Assembly: GCF_009914755.1 (NCBI RefSeq)
Contig: NC_060931.1
Source: the human T2T-CHM13v2.0 reference genome, Homo sapiens
DNA: 64,000 nt
Reading direction: 5' to 3' (one strand)
A program made the position numbers and the translations under genes. This document shows, piece after piece, positions 42,137 to 57,921 of this stretch. The first letter of the stretch is position 1; each line of letters opens with the position of its first letter. Under the pieces are notes generated by a model. The model did no database searches, was not told the DNA's origin, and worked only from the letters and a program-made list of their open reading frames with translations.

Positions 42137-43163
42137 CTATATGAAAAAAAATCATAATCATGTTACCTTGAAAATAAAAAGCCAAACATATTTGAAGACG
42201 TAATGATGAGACTAGAATGTTGAAATAGAATGAGAAATAAGAAATACAAATGAATACATTATTTAGACAAAAAAAAAAAAACAGTTCACCAGATTGCAGG
42301 AAATATTTCACCCACAAAGCAATGACAGGGAACTGCAAGTGCTTTGCCATTTAATATATAAGAACAGGTGCATCAGCACATTAGATGCTCAACTTCTGCA
42401 ACAAACAAGTTATAATTCTCCTCAAGGTCAGCGACACAAAGAGAGCAGATACCACAGTCTTTTCTTTCTCTCTGTATTGTATTATCAGTACAATACCATT
42501 CTCACCACATGATTCATTCCTGGCATTAGCAAAACCCATGCTTTTTTGTTGCTGTTTAAATTCCCGGCCTGAAATGTCTATAGTTCATGTTGATCTTAAA
42601 TTCAAGAAGTACAAAGTCACCTAAAACAACTCTGACAGCTAGCAATTGACTGATTTCCTCCCTATTTCCCAGCCACCATCCCACCCCACCTTTCCAACTG
42701 AGGGGGTTGTGGGGGAGGAAGGCAGAAGTGTTCTTTGAAGCTGAAGGTTCTTTCTGCAGTAAGCTGAACTGGTATAAAAAGGAGAGACCACAATAAGATT
42801 AAGTGCAGTTACCTGAAATTCTGCTACAGAGAAGGCAAAGTAGTTATTTTCTAAGATTCAACAAGCTGGCAGAAATTAAAGAAGCCCTGTGTAATGAAAC
42901 TGTTTCAAAACAATGTAAAGATCAGTTCCCAATAAGGACATTAAAGATAAATGTTGTCGGGGATTCATAGGCTCTTTCTCTTTGCTCAGCAAGGAGGTTG
43001 TGAGGAAAGAAAATCTAATTTTCAGTAAAAGAGATTCTTCTGGGGAACTTAAAGGGCATTTTTTTTTCCTACAATAGTTTTCCCTTGATTTACTTCTTCC
43101 TAAAACCTCAGCCTTAAATTTGGAGGAGACACTTTCATTTGCTCTGTTCTAACGTATTCCAAA

Positions 43164-43223
43164 GGATGTACAATGATGCAGTGAAACACTGCTTATGATC
43201 GGTGCTCATTCATTAAATATTCA
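43164..43223 (+). repeat. 60-bp dispersed direct repeat, copy 2
   Basis: See copy 1. Confidence 0.9.
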
Positions 43224-43908
43224 TTATATACTCACTGTAGCTCAGACACAGTGCAATGTACTGATGTGGGGTTCACATCCCTCAACCCTCAAGCCATATA
43301 CACTTCCTACTATATTCCCCTACAGAATGGAAAGCCATTGCTCCTCTGTGACAAGGTTCAAAAATTACAGTAATTCTTTTGAAAAATCAGTGTGAAACAC
43401 CAAATAGTCAAGTGTGCCTACAATGTTGTTGGCTGTAGGAAGTAGAAGGCAGTATGAGACACACTTCCAATCTCAACTCAGAACCAGAAAATCTCTACTG
43501 AAAAGATCCATAGACATGAATGATCAAATGTTTCATCTGTTTCATGAACATTTCAACATCCTCAAAGAAGCATGAAGTCAAGGAGGCTCATGACTTTGCA
43601 TGACAACCTACTTAATTTGGGGGCCGCTCTAGCTGTTCTAATTTTGTCAGGAAGAGAAGGCACCTAGGAAAAGTTTGGAAGCAACATGAGGCAAACCTAT
43701 TGGTGATGCAGGAAATGTGAGGGAGGACTGCTGAAAGCAGGTCTAGGGGAGACATCGGGGGAAGGTAAGCCTGAAACATGGTCTTAGAAATAACAAATGA
43801 CCTGGGGAAGAGGAGGAGGAATTTTTAGAGAAGAAATACTGTATGACACAGATGAGGTGCATTTTGGAGGAAGGTGGTAATAACAACCATTAGAAATGGT
43901 ACAGTTTC

Positions 43909-44158
<250 letters not shown>

Positions 44159-47100
44159 TTACATTTTCTTGAGAGCCAATTATGTGTCAGGCACAAGCCA
44201 GGGCGCTTCCCACGTGTTAGCACACACATTTTCCTAACAGCTTTGTTTTTTATTCATGTAACTCACAGATAAGGAAACATGCTCAAAAAGATAAATGCAA
44301 CAGCTAAAAAGCAGTGAAGGTGAGACTTGAACACGTGGGCTCTTGTACTTGCCTGGCTGGAGTAAGAATGTGCTAAGAATGATGGGTGATTATGGGAGAC
44401 TTTAAGTAAGATAATAAGTAGACTAGATGACTATATCCTATGAATAACTTGGGGCAAATGTTTCTTAGCAGGGCCTCAGAATAAATTAATTTTAGGAAAA
44501 TGTATTTTGGTGGTTGCCTCCAACAAGGATTGGTGAAAGTGTCTGATATGGATCCTGAGGGTCTGGTTTAGTAGAACAGTGAACTATGGAAAGATGATAG
44601 TAGGAATAGAAAAGAAGGGAAAGATGCACAGACACTCCAAAGGCAGAATTTGTGAGCCATTGTTGAGTGGCTAGAATTTGCAGGCCAGAGAGGAGTATGA
44701 CTCTGAGGTTTGGAGACCTCATGGCTCAGAGAATGATGATGTATGGTTGATAAAGTTAGGTAATGGGTCTTCAATGGACCATCCCATATATTTTAGCACT
44801 AACTACATTGCCACATAAGTGTGATTTAAAATAAGTTAAATATTCTAAACTAAAAAAAATTGTGCATTGTAAAATCTACAAACATGCAGAGTTAGGCTAT
44901 CTGAATCTTTGCCTGACAAACTGCTACTCTGCTTCAAGATTCTACTTTAATGCTACCTTAAAATTGGACCTTCTCAGAGTTCTGGGTCTGAATGAGTTGC
45001 TCCTTTCTCTGAGCTCCCCTATTACAGGCTCATGAGTCTGTTGCTAAACTGTACTAGATCAAAGTCAGCAACTGGGTCTCATTCATATAGTTATCTTGTG
45101 CAGGCTTTGGACCATGGCAGGTATTTAATGAATGTTTACTGAGAATGCAGCAGAATAATTATGGGAGGAAAAGAATGTTAAAAAATTCAATCAATACCCC
45201 CAAATTTTTAATTTTGCATGCGATTGCAAAGAGCTCATCTGTATCTAATACATCAAGGGTGGATAAGAGAGCATGCTCACGATAAAACGCAGCTGTAGTC
45301 TGAGAACACTTCTCAAATAACTGACAAATGTTTAGTTCTGAAATTCTTAAAGAAAAAGCTTTCTTCAGAAACAAAAACTTTGTCAGAAAATGTCTTCAAA
45401 ATAACTTTTAAGCCTCAAGAGCATATCACTTATCTTTCTTAATTTCTCCATTTTTAGATGAAGAGTATTAAGTTTGGGAGTCAGAGGGTTCTTGAACCCC
45501 TTAAATTATGTACTAATTTTTGTATGTAGAGGCATTTTTGGGGTGGGGGAGAAAGACCGTATCTTTCATCAGATTCTCAAAGTTGTCTATAAACCAAACA
45601 GATGCTAAGAAGCACTGAACCAGATAATTTCTAAAATTCCTTCTGGCTGAGGCAATCTATGCCTCCCATAAATATTGCACTTATATATTGCATTATATTA
45701 TTTCAATGGACTCATATATGTGTATAACATGTTTTTCATAAAGAAAAAGGAAATAAAATTTATTTATGTATCAAAGATTAGAAATTTATTTCTCCTACAT
45801 ACTTCAGTGCTAGGGACTAGCACTATTTGAATCTTTGCCTAACTCTGCATGTTTGCACATTTTACAATGCACAATATTGTTTCAGTTTAGAATATTTAAC
45901 TTATTTTAAATCACTGAAGTATATAGGAGAAATAAATCCTGCATACTCTTCTGAATCCTCAGAAGCATTCTGCAAATTAGATAATCATGATCCTCCATTT
46001 CCAGAGTCTTGGAGAGGTTGAAGGTGTCTGAGGTTATACAGTTTGTTGCTGGCTGAGATGACATTAAAATCTTACCTCTGATGTCATACAGACAGAAATA
46101 ATATTACAATGACTTGAATTACTATAATTCTTTTTCATTTTCAACTTTCTGAATAAAAATCACACACAAATGCCCCCATTCCACATCTTTAGCCACAAGT
46201 ATGGAATAATAGAAAGGAATCACAGAACCAACCTCAGAACTTATTATATGTGAATCTTTCAAAATCAGCTATTACATGTGACACTATCTTAAGTACAAAC
46301 TCTGAGAGTACCCTGTGTTCTAGTGAAATTTAAAAACATTCTAAAACATTTATTCTTTCTAGATTAAATTTATTGAGGATCAAAACTTTGTACTTGAACA
46401 TAATAGCCACTCTAATACTTTAAATAGATGCATTTTTATCAAGTACTCTGTGTATCCCGTCTCTGGTTTCACCCATTTGGCTAAGGCCAAGAAGTTTAAT
46501 GCATTCTACAGTCATAATTCTATTAGATAACAAGGTTATCAATAGCCCCATTAAAAAGCCGAACATTGGGAATATTTGAGAATTCTTCCTTAAAATGTTT
46601 GTTTTCACTCATTTTGTAACATTTCCAAAGCATTACAGATGGCTCTACATCCTTCAAGCTTCACACCAAATTGCTGATTGTTGTAATACATTTCAAACAG
46701 TGACATTTAAAACAAACATGCCAAAAGTAGCAAAGTTGCTTGATGAATTTCAATGCATTGTTCTTGGCTATGATTCTTCTTTGCTCTGGAACACTTTTGG
46801 TTTTCTGTAACACTCCTTGGCTCATTGAAACAATTCATTTTTAATTATACCTCCATACATTTAAGAAGAGATCCTACTGGGGAAGGGGAGGGAGGATGGA
46901 AAGATGTAAAAAGACAGCTCGACTGTTTGCTTTGGTAGGGTTTCATTCTACTCCATGGCTTAGAAAGGGGCATATCTCCTGGCACACTGGACTGGGCTGC
47001 CTCCCTTGCTGCTATTCCCTGTCAAAGTCCCCGTGATGGATGCACAGTGATGCTCATGGTGAAGCTTATACCAGGATGTGGGAAGAAGACCAGTGAGATA

Positions 47101-48628
47101 CCTTCCTTTTTATCCGTATATGATATGTAGTAATTTGTCATGCTTTGACCTTAACTTTAAAATTTTTTAAATTGATGAAAAAGTATTTGCTAATAACCCT
47201 ACATGATGATTTATGTATATATTATGTAACAATTGTCACAAATTAATTTTGATGAGAGATTTTAAATGTCCTCACCTCCACTCACCATGATCTTAAATTT
47301 AATGAGCTGATTGTATCTGTACTTGCAGCTAAACAATAAATAGTGTTGAAGATGGTGTTAGACTGAAGGACTATGGAAATAATTCCATTCCAATACTGCC
47401 CTATCTTCTTCCCTCCTTTGCATCTAGGCCATGATGATCAGCTAGGGAGCATGAAAAAATAATTCCTGTATATGCATTCATTTCTTCTTTGGTTTTTAAA
47501 CTCCTCAGATTCCGTGGCCCTGAATTTGATTCAACAAACATTTTATTCCATGTAAGGTACTTCGCTAGCCACTGAGGGGATACAATGATTAAAAAGATAT
47601 TATTTCTGCCTTCAAAGAATTTACATATATCTCTTTCTAACCAGATTATAAGGTAGAATATGGCAACCTATAATCCATTTCTGGTCAACATAAAGAAGAT
47701 CTGTTATAAAGTCTGTAAAGAGAGTGAATTAAATGTAAGCAGTATGTAAGAACAGGGTTATTAGCTTGCAAGAAATAGGATCAAAGATGCATCAATAAGA
47801 AGGCTTTAAATTGCTGTGTATATCATATGGAGTTTTTCAGAATGAAATTATTGTGGTGGGTATGTGTTCGAGTTTAGAAAGCTAGCAACAGTCCAAAGTG
47901 GAAGTCTTTCACCTCTTCCCCCTCCCATTCAGAGAAAAGCATTCACTCACTCCTCTGCTTCTTCCCTCTCCAGCTAATGACTATATATCAGATGGATAAT
48001 GAAAAAGTCCTGACGTTCAGGAGATGGCTGAGGTGAGAAACACAAAAATCTTCATAAGGGACTATAGGGATAACTTCAGAAAATCAGAAAAGAGGTGTGG
48101 AAAAAGGGAGAAAATGGGAAAATATCTACTATCTAGTGAAACAAGGGAAAGGAAGGACTATAGTTTGGCAATAGCAGGGATATGAGCACAAGGAAGCAGT
48201 CACCTGGGGCACTCTCTGAAGTGAGGCCCAAACAGCGAGGCTTTACCTTGAGAGCCTGTAAAGAACAAGGACATTACGGCCAAAGGCACAGCATCTAATT
48301 TCTTCTACGTGGAACCCCAAATGTCAGCCAGTAACAAGGACTGTCAGCCTACTCTTGTGGACTGCTTGCTGGCAAAACTTATCTACCATTAGGCCCAGCT
48401 GAAGAAATGGTGGAATGGATCCTTCCTTTTCCCTCTCCCCACTAAAGGAGATAGTGATTGATCCCCTAGCTGTTCCCCCTGCAGAAATATAAAGCAACAT
48501 TACATTACACACTCTCACACACATATACACAATGCTTTGGGCACATAAACAAATTGTTCTAATTACAGAGATCAGAAAATACTCTATCTTAGGTAACTCA
48601 TCAATGTTAGATGCCTTCTGTTCATTTA

Positions 48629-48983
<355 letters not shown>

Positions 48984-49669
48984 CTACCTTAGCTAGCCAG
49001 GGAATTTCTACTGGATCCCCAGTCTACTCTAATTTGAATCTTAACTCTGATATCAACATCCTCCCTCTTTGCATAGTACAGACTGATGACTCAGTTGGAA
49101 AGTCTAAATTTTTATCTAGATTTTCTGACCCTTCCTCCAGCTCTGGCCATAGCAACCTGTGGTAAGTTACATGGTGCCAAAGTCTAGGGCAAGTAGGCTC
49201 CAGGAGGTCAATCCTGGCCACATCTCAATACTTATAGGCTTTCTTATTTCAAGATAAGAGAGTGGGAAATTAGGTACTTCCTTGCCCATTAAAAAAACAA
49301 CCCATTCCTGTCCCTGCCATCTGTCTGCCAGTTTTTAGAACTTGTGGCTAGGTGCACCTAAGGAACTTTTGGACTCAGTACCCTAAAGGAGATAGTATAC
49401 AACTTTGTAAGAAGACTGCCTCAAAATCTGGGGGTGAGGTGGTTCCCAAAAGCCAACTTACTTTTTCAGTTCTTTAGGGTCAAGTGGCCTATAATTGCTC
49501 CACTATCTGTGACATCGCTAAGATGTGGCACTGCCAACTAATGAAAGAAAATGAGGAATCATTGACTCTCTCCTGGTTTATCTGACTGAAACCCAAATGA
49601 TATTATGGTTCCACAAGTGTTGGACTATGTACTGCTTTCATCAATGAATGGAGTACCTTCAGTATAGAT

Positions 49670-49856
49670 CTCCATTTCTTGGCTTAAGCATGCATCAGAA
49701 TCACCTGGAGGACTTGCTAAAACACAAATTGCTTGGCATCATTCCGAATTTCTGATTCAGTAGGTCTTGGATGAATCCCAAGAATTTGCATTTCTAACAA
49801 GTTGCCAGGTGATGCTCATGATGCTGGTGTAGGGAATGCACTTCGAGAACTACCAG
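49670..49856. mobile_element. MER5A (hAT-Charlie)
   Basis: gcatcagaatcacctgga...tctgattcagtaggtct...tgcatttctaacaag...ccaggtgatgct. Confidence 0.85.
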
Positions 49857-50298
49857 TAGTTACGAAAAACAAAGTTAAAAAACAAAGGTGACCTACGTAA
49901 ACTTTGATTATTTCCTCCTTTCCCTGAAATCAAGCTATACTTTTATATAAACCTCATTTCAGGTAAAAGGTGACTTTTTCTGCAGAATCTGAACTGATTG
50001 CCAGATAGGATAGTGTCCACATTTGGGCAATCCTATATATAAATGAAAATAATTAATCCAGGATGGTATAGCCTCCCGATAGGTATTTAAAATCCACACA
50101 AATACTAATGCCACATTTGTTTGAAAACAATAGGTCTGTGGCCTCCTAATTCCATGGCTTCCTTTGGGACCAACTCATTTAATGACCCTGCCATTTAAAG
50201 TAAGAGTTGCAGTTAATATTCTCCCGGAATTAACCATGCTAATAATATAGTGCTTTGGAATAATTGTTCTGTCATCACAGTCACATTAACTACTTTAC

Positions 50299-50316
50299 CT
50301 AGATTATCTTTCGCAT
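50299..50316 (-). CDS. CADPS2: Candidate 18-nt microexon, phase 1-1 ((D)AKDNL)
   Basis: tttacag|ATGCGAAAGATAATCTAG|gtaaag. Open and frame-neutral in the phase-1 intron, but the pyrimidine tract is weak. Confidence 0.45.
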   Translation of the reverse strand: MRKII

Positions 50317-50962
50317 CTGTAAATTCATTGTAAGCCTATGGCCAGCTGTTGAACAAAGGAGAATTGGCCACTAGAGTATAGACCAATGACAGCTGGGCTG
50401 AATCCAAACTGAGCAGTCTCCATAAGCCAACAGTAAGTGCTGACCCATGACTGGTGAGCCATAAAATGTCAGATACATGTGAGGTAAAAGTCAGTGACTC
50501 TGTAAGACTATCTTGGGGTGGAATATTGAGGCATAATCTTCTCTAAAGATCTTAAAGAGATGATAGTGATGGAATTACAGAGAATAGATTACTAGAACCC
50601 ACAAGCAAAAATTAGTATTTGGTTTATCATTTGTCACAGGCTTCTATTCTTACATGATTTATGAGGCGGGAAACACATTCGGCCCAATTTGAGTTTTATT
50701 AAAGTTGTCTTTTCATTGAGACCTTGGCTCTCCCAAAGTTTATGAAGTAAGAAAAGCTCTCACAGGGACGAATATATCTACAGCATTGCTGGCTGCAAAG
50801 ACTGTGAAGGCTTGAGGGAGAAGAAAGTTTTCTATGCTGTCTACTTACTTTGCTCTGGATAGCTCTGGATATAACTGTGTTATAGGATTTTAATGATAGC
50901 ATAAAATTTTTCCAGTGTTAATTTTGCCAGCTAATTGTGTAATAGCTTTTTTTAAAAAAATT

Positions 50963-51252
50963 ATTTTTTTGGACAGGGTCTTGCTCTGTCACCCAGGCTG
51001 GGGTGCAGTGGCGTGATCATGTCTCACTGCAGCCTCGAACCCCCAGGCCCCAGGCCCAAGCAATCCTCCCACCTCAGCCTCCTAAGTAGCTGGAGGAGTG
51101 CACCACCACGCCCAACTAATTAAGTTTCTTTTTATACAGACGGGGTCTCACTATGTTGCTCAGGCTCATCTCGAATTCCTGAGCTCAAGTGATCCATCTT
51201 TATCAGGCTCCCAAAGTGCTGGGATTACATTCGTGAGCCACCATACTCAGCC
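50963..51252 (-). mobile_element. AluJ
   Basis: Diverged dimer with J-type features. Confidence 0.9.
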
Positions 51253-51277
51253 ATACATTTTTTTAAAGATTGATCTT

Positions 51278-51582
51278 TGCTGGGTGCCATGGTTCATGCC
51301 TGTAATCCCTGCACATTGGGAGGCTGAGGTGGGTGGATTGCTTGGGTTCAGGAGTTCAAGACCAGCCTGGGCAACGTGGCGAAACCCTATCTCTACCAAA
51401 AAAAAAAAAAAAAAAAAAAAAAATTATCCAGGCATGGTGGTGTGTGCCTGTGGTCCCAAGCTACTCAGGAAGCTGAGGGTGGAGGATCGTTTGAGCCCAC
51501 CTGGGAGGCAGAGGCTACGGTGAGCTGTGATTGCACCAGTGCACTCCAGCCTAGGTGACAGAGTGAGACCCTGTCTCAAAAA
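51278..51582 (+). mobile_element. AluJ
   Basis: Diverged dimer with an expanded A linker. Confidence 0.9.
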
Positions 51583-53093
51583 AGACTGTTCTTTAGCCAT
51601 GTCATATACACAATATATGTGTATATACACATATACACATTCAGTAGCTGAAACTGATGAATAGTCCCCTCCCTGGTGTGTTGTTCTTTATATATACATT
51701 GTATCCATTTTTTTCTAAATATTATTCAAATTCAGAAACTGAAAATCAAATACTGAATCACATAAAGTCTATAGCATCTTTAGTATCATGCCTATTCCTT
51801 CCTGTTTTTTAAGTGTACTTACCTAATACATTCTTTCCATGTCATTTGTTTTATTCATAAAAGGAGGACCAACACGCCTCCACTCTCATTTCCTGCCTGA
51901 CCCTTGCTTTAACTCTTTTTTCCATACTCAAGGAGAATGTTTGCCTGTGAACAATGGGGATACAGGCAAGGCAGAGCACAGCAAGGCACAAAGATGAAGA
52001 TGGTCTGTTCAGTGGGCAATGGCAGGGGACAGGGACTCCAGAGACTTGCCAGCTGCAAGGCAATTGAAGGAGAAGGAAAGAGAAGATATTTGGAGACAGT
52101 AACCACAATATGAAATATAACATTTGAAAAGATTTGCAGCCTTGGGTGATGAGAAATGAGTCAAAAGATCTCAATGTCTGCATGTATGTCTTTGTTTCCT
52201 TTGATACATAATCAAGGTCTTCTAGGGCATGCTAAGATTTAGAGAAAGTCTCCCAATTGGCAAGTGTAAAAGACCAGGTTTACAGAGTAGGGTTGGGCTT
52301 AGTGCCACTTTGAATATTTCTACAGCTCTAACATCACAAATTTGCCAATCACTGTGAATGTGTGTGCATGCATTGATGCCTCATGGATATTTTAAAGGGC
52401 TCCTCTTTGAAATTAAAATATAAATGTGTGTCTTTTAAAAAGCTTCAATTAGGCCTTTTAATTTATTGCTTGAAACTATATGGTCACTTAGCTAGGGCCT
52501 ACAAGTAATGAACCCTTCTTAATTTGCCAAACTATTTCATCTGTGCAGTCTTTGGGTACTTATAAACCCTGTTGATAAATACAGAGGTAGAAACCTGTCA
52601 GTTTTCATCACTCTAGTTTTGTACAATTGGAAAAGACTTTTTCATACATGTAACCTACTCAGATTAACAAGGTGCCATGAAAGCCATGCTGCTATGTCTC
52701 TTGGTGTACCTGTTGGCACCTGTTAGTAAGTAAATGAGAGGTCACCAGTTAGTTGCTTTCAAATTCAGTCTCTGGAGATTGACAAATTCTATAAAATTGC
52801 TTGCGAAAGGAAGAAGCCTTGTTATTTCAAGACTGCATTTATCTGTGAATCCCATTCTATATAAAAGTAAAAAAACAACAAGTACATGACACACTGTCAA
52901 GTGAGCTGAGCAAACTGACATCCTTCTGGATACCTTTTAGAAAACAGGTGTTGAACACTTGTAATGAGATTTCCATGCATCTTCAGAGGAAGTAGGAAAG
53001 ATTCTAGCAAGAGCTGTTCAGAGTGTTACAGATCATGGCCAAGGAAATAATTCCGAATAAGGAACAAACTGAAGAAGACATTACATAAATGCC

Positions 53094-53115
53094 GTGTGTG
53101 TGTGTGTGTGTGTGT
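53094..53115 (+). repeat. (GT)n microsatellite
   Basis: Direct reading. Confidence 0.9.
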
Positions 53116-54065
53116 TTTAACTTTTTCTTTTTTCTTTTCTTTTTTAGAAGACACATATCCACCAGACAGAAGTATTTTGAAGTATATAATTTTTCCAGAT
53201 CGTGGGGAATCTGGGATATATTTAATTAACTATTTCTGAACTGTTATCTAAGTGTTTTATTTATTTCTATGTAGAAAATGAACTAAAATGGGGGCACGCT
53301 ATGTTTTATAAGAAAGTTAAAAATTTTGTTTTAACTCAGATACTAGACAAACTTGGAAAATCATCTAAGAAGTGAGAAAGTAAAAATAACCATTGGGGAT
53401 AATTACAATAAAGAGTACTAAATTTATAGTGGTATTTTCTTCATTGCATTTAGATCTATAATCTCTCTGGAGAACAAGTTTCTATTACAGAGGAATTGAG
53501 TTCATCTGTATACATTAAATAAGCCCATCTTTCAAATAACACTTCCCAAACACTGTATCATTTTACCACTGATTTGTCTCCCATGTTTGCTATAGATGAA
53601 GTATGTCAGGCTCTCATTTATAGATGGATCTGACCCTATGCTTGTAGTCGTCTGCCGGATCATGGGCTTTGGTGATGGCTTTGTAACTTGTCTTAGATAA
53701 CACTTTTTTTTTTCTAAGTTGACTTAGTTATTCAGTATACTTTATTTAAATTTTAAGGTAAATTTATCAAGTTCTTTAAAAAACTAGAATTTTGATGGAT
53801 ACTGCAATGAATTTATACATTAATTTGAGGGAAGAATTTATATCTTATATTATTAAGTCATCCCTCCTAGGTCATGGAATAGCTCTATCTCTATCTAGAT
53901 TACTTTCTATGACTTGTGAGTTTCAAAATTTTCTTCATAGAGGTCTATAAAGTTTCGCATGTTTTTATCAAAGCTAATTCCTGGATACCTTACAGTTTGG
54001 TTGTTACTGTGAAAGTTATCTCATTTTTGTTAATATTTTTTAGCTAGTGGATTGATGGAGTGGAG

Positions 54066-55235
<1,170 letters not shown>

Positions 55236-57184
55236 ACACACAGCTTTTTTTTAAAATATATATCACAAAACTAAGTTTCAATTTGGTCCCTATCCAGGTG
55301 ATCACACATACTAGATCAGTATAGCTCAAGCAATGAGTTTTTACAAATCATACATGTATTGCTTTATAAACTAAAACCTTGAACAAATTTATAATTTCCT
55401 AAATATTCTAAAGAAAAAGACAACAGGTTACTGTCTTTGTTTTAAAGCAAACAATTTGTATCTAACAATTTGTCCCTCATCAACAGGTGACTTAGAAGCA
55501 GAAATGGTCACAGAGGTTTTACTTTCAGGCCAAGTTCTCATTATCCAAGCCACACTGTCCAAAAAGCTAAATGGAAATTCTTTAATTACCTGTTCAATTC
55601 TTTTTAGGGTGAGGATTCAGTTTAAGATACAAATTACTTTTTGCCATTGTCGGTGCCTATGGGAACATGAAATTTCAGGTCTATTATTTAGGTGTCAGAA
55701 ACTTCAGTTCATGGGGACACACAATACTCAAAATTCAAATTAACTTCCTAAGGAGCCACATAAAACTTTTATCAGAGAAAACTGTTATATCATCTTAGAA
55801 ATATTAGTAAAAATTATTCACCATTAACAAAAATTTGCCACAAACTGTGCAGTTTTTTTTTTTAATAAACACGTGGCCTCTAGACACAAACATTCTTAAG
55901 TAGAACAGATTTTATTTATTACTTATTGCTATCGTGTACAATGGAGTGTTAAATTAAAACACCACCCAGATGACACACACATCCTAATGATATAAGGACT
56001 GCCACAGTACAACTTCTCCTCTCAAAGACAGTAGGCAGTCTGGGCCTCTGGGAAAGCATCTCTACCCCATTCAACTGAGGCTCTGAAAATAAGAACACAG
56101 GGGTTAAACCTGGGAACCTGGCAACTAGAAGGCCAAGAAAAATCCTCACCTCCCAAAGACTTTGCTTATTCATTCCATGCTACCTTTTGTTCAGGGCACC
56201 TCCACATTTCTAGGTTCACCATAAGCCTAGGTACCAAGTCTATGCAAAAGATCTCATGTCCAGGCAAGTCCTAAGGCGCAGTCTCCCCTTTTATATCTTA
56301 AATCACAATATGCTATATAATTTTCAGGAAACAGTAGGAACTGTTATCAAATGTATGACTGCGCTCTTGTCTGTGAGAAAGTCTTTGAACCAAAGAACAA
56401 ATTGATTCTTCTTTTAAAATAATATCTAATTTGCATCAACAAGGCACATGATTTAAAAAACAATTAGGAAACATGATGCTTCAGTGTTATCTCTGCATGC
56501 CAGAATTACAAGTAAAAAAAAGATCTCACTATTATTTAGCTAGTAGGTTAGTGATAAAATTAAAGCAAAGGAGAAAACTACTTGATTTTTAATAGGGTAA
56601 GTCAAAGATTTCTTAACACAAAAGAGGCAATTCAATGAAATGGTAGCATTTTATAACCCCAAGATTAAAAACAGCTGCTTTCTAGAAATGTCCAGTTTTC
56701 AAAATAACTGTTTCTATGAAACATGCAAATAATTCCCAAGAAAGAAAGAAGACATTTAGAGGGAAGTCCTTTGTTTTATTTAACCCATTATGAAATTTAA
56801 AAATCCTTTTATTCTGCAAATTTGTGCTGCCAGTGGAGAATTGGAAGAATTCCCAATGGAAGAGAACTATGATGATGGAAGAGAACTATGAGTCACAATT
56901 AAGCAGCACACTGAATTACAAAAACAATCAAAACAGGCTAGATTACTGGGCATTGTTAATGTAACTGCCATCTATAACCTCTGGCTTCTCTGATCCAGCA
57001 TTAGTGCTTCCCCCACTTCTTCCTGCCGTGATAAGAGCAAGAAATTATGGCTTAATTTTTCCAATCCTGTTATTTTAGTGTTAGTTTTTGCCCTAAATTT
57101 TAATTATTTAGTAATTGGTTTGAAAGACTTTTTGCAAGCCAGCTTGCCAGTTTATGGATGTTCTTTCTGCTATTATGTAGCTTG

Positions 57185-57400
57185 ATAAATTCATTTGTTT
57201 ATCCAATAAATATTTACTGAGTACCAAATATGTGCTGGGCACATCTCTTGGCACTGTGGATAAGAAGTTGTTAAAATACAAAATTGTCTGTCCTCCTGGA
57301 ACTAACATTCTAGGACAATAAGTGGGATGAATGCACTATACATTGTGTTGGATTATAATAAGCGCTGTGGAAGAAAATAAAGCAGGAGAGGGGGATAAAT
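57185..57400. mobile_element. L2 3' end
   Basis: ttcatttgtttatccaataaatatttactgagtacc. Confidence 0.7.
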
Positions 57401-57700
57401 CTTCTGGACTGGGGGTAAGTTTTGCAAATTTGAATCACTTTCAACACCTGACATCGTGAGGAATGTGGGGAAAAATAAACAAAAAGATTTTAGCCCAGTG
57501 CAAATTTAACTAGACAAGCTCGTCAAGGGCGGGGAGTGTAAGAAGAGATCAACAGACAGACAGTGGGCTCTGAACCTCCCACTTACTAGCTATGGGACTG
57601 TAGACACACTACATAACCTCTCAGGTTCAGTTTTCTGAGAAGAAGTAATAATAATGATACTATTTATTGCAAAGTATTGTCTTAAGAAGTAAATTGAGTT

Positions 57701-57921
57701 GCCTGTAATCCCAGCACTTTGGGAGGCCGAGGTGGGTGGATCACGAGGTCAGGGGTTTGAGACCAGCCTGGCCAGCATGGTGAAACCCCGGCTCTACTAA
57801 AAATACAAAAATTATCTGGGAGGCAGAGGTTGCAGTGGGCCAAGATCGTGCCACTGCACACCAGCCTGGGTGACGAAGCAAGACTTCATCGGGGGCGGGG
57901 GTGGGGGTGGGGAGGGAAACA
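57701..57921 (+). mobile_element. Truncated and internally deleted AluS inside a MIR, with G-rich tail
   Basis: TSD aagaagtaaattgagtt / aagaagtaaattagtt. Confidence 0.88.
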
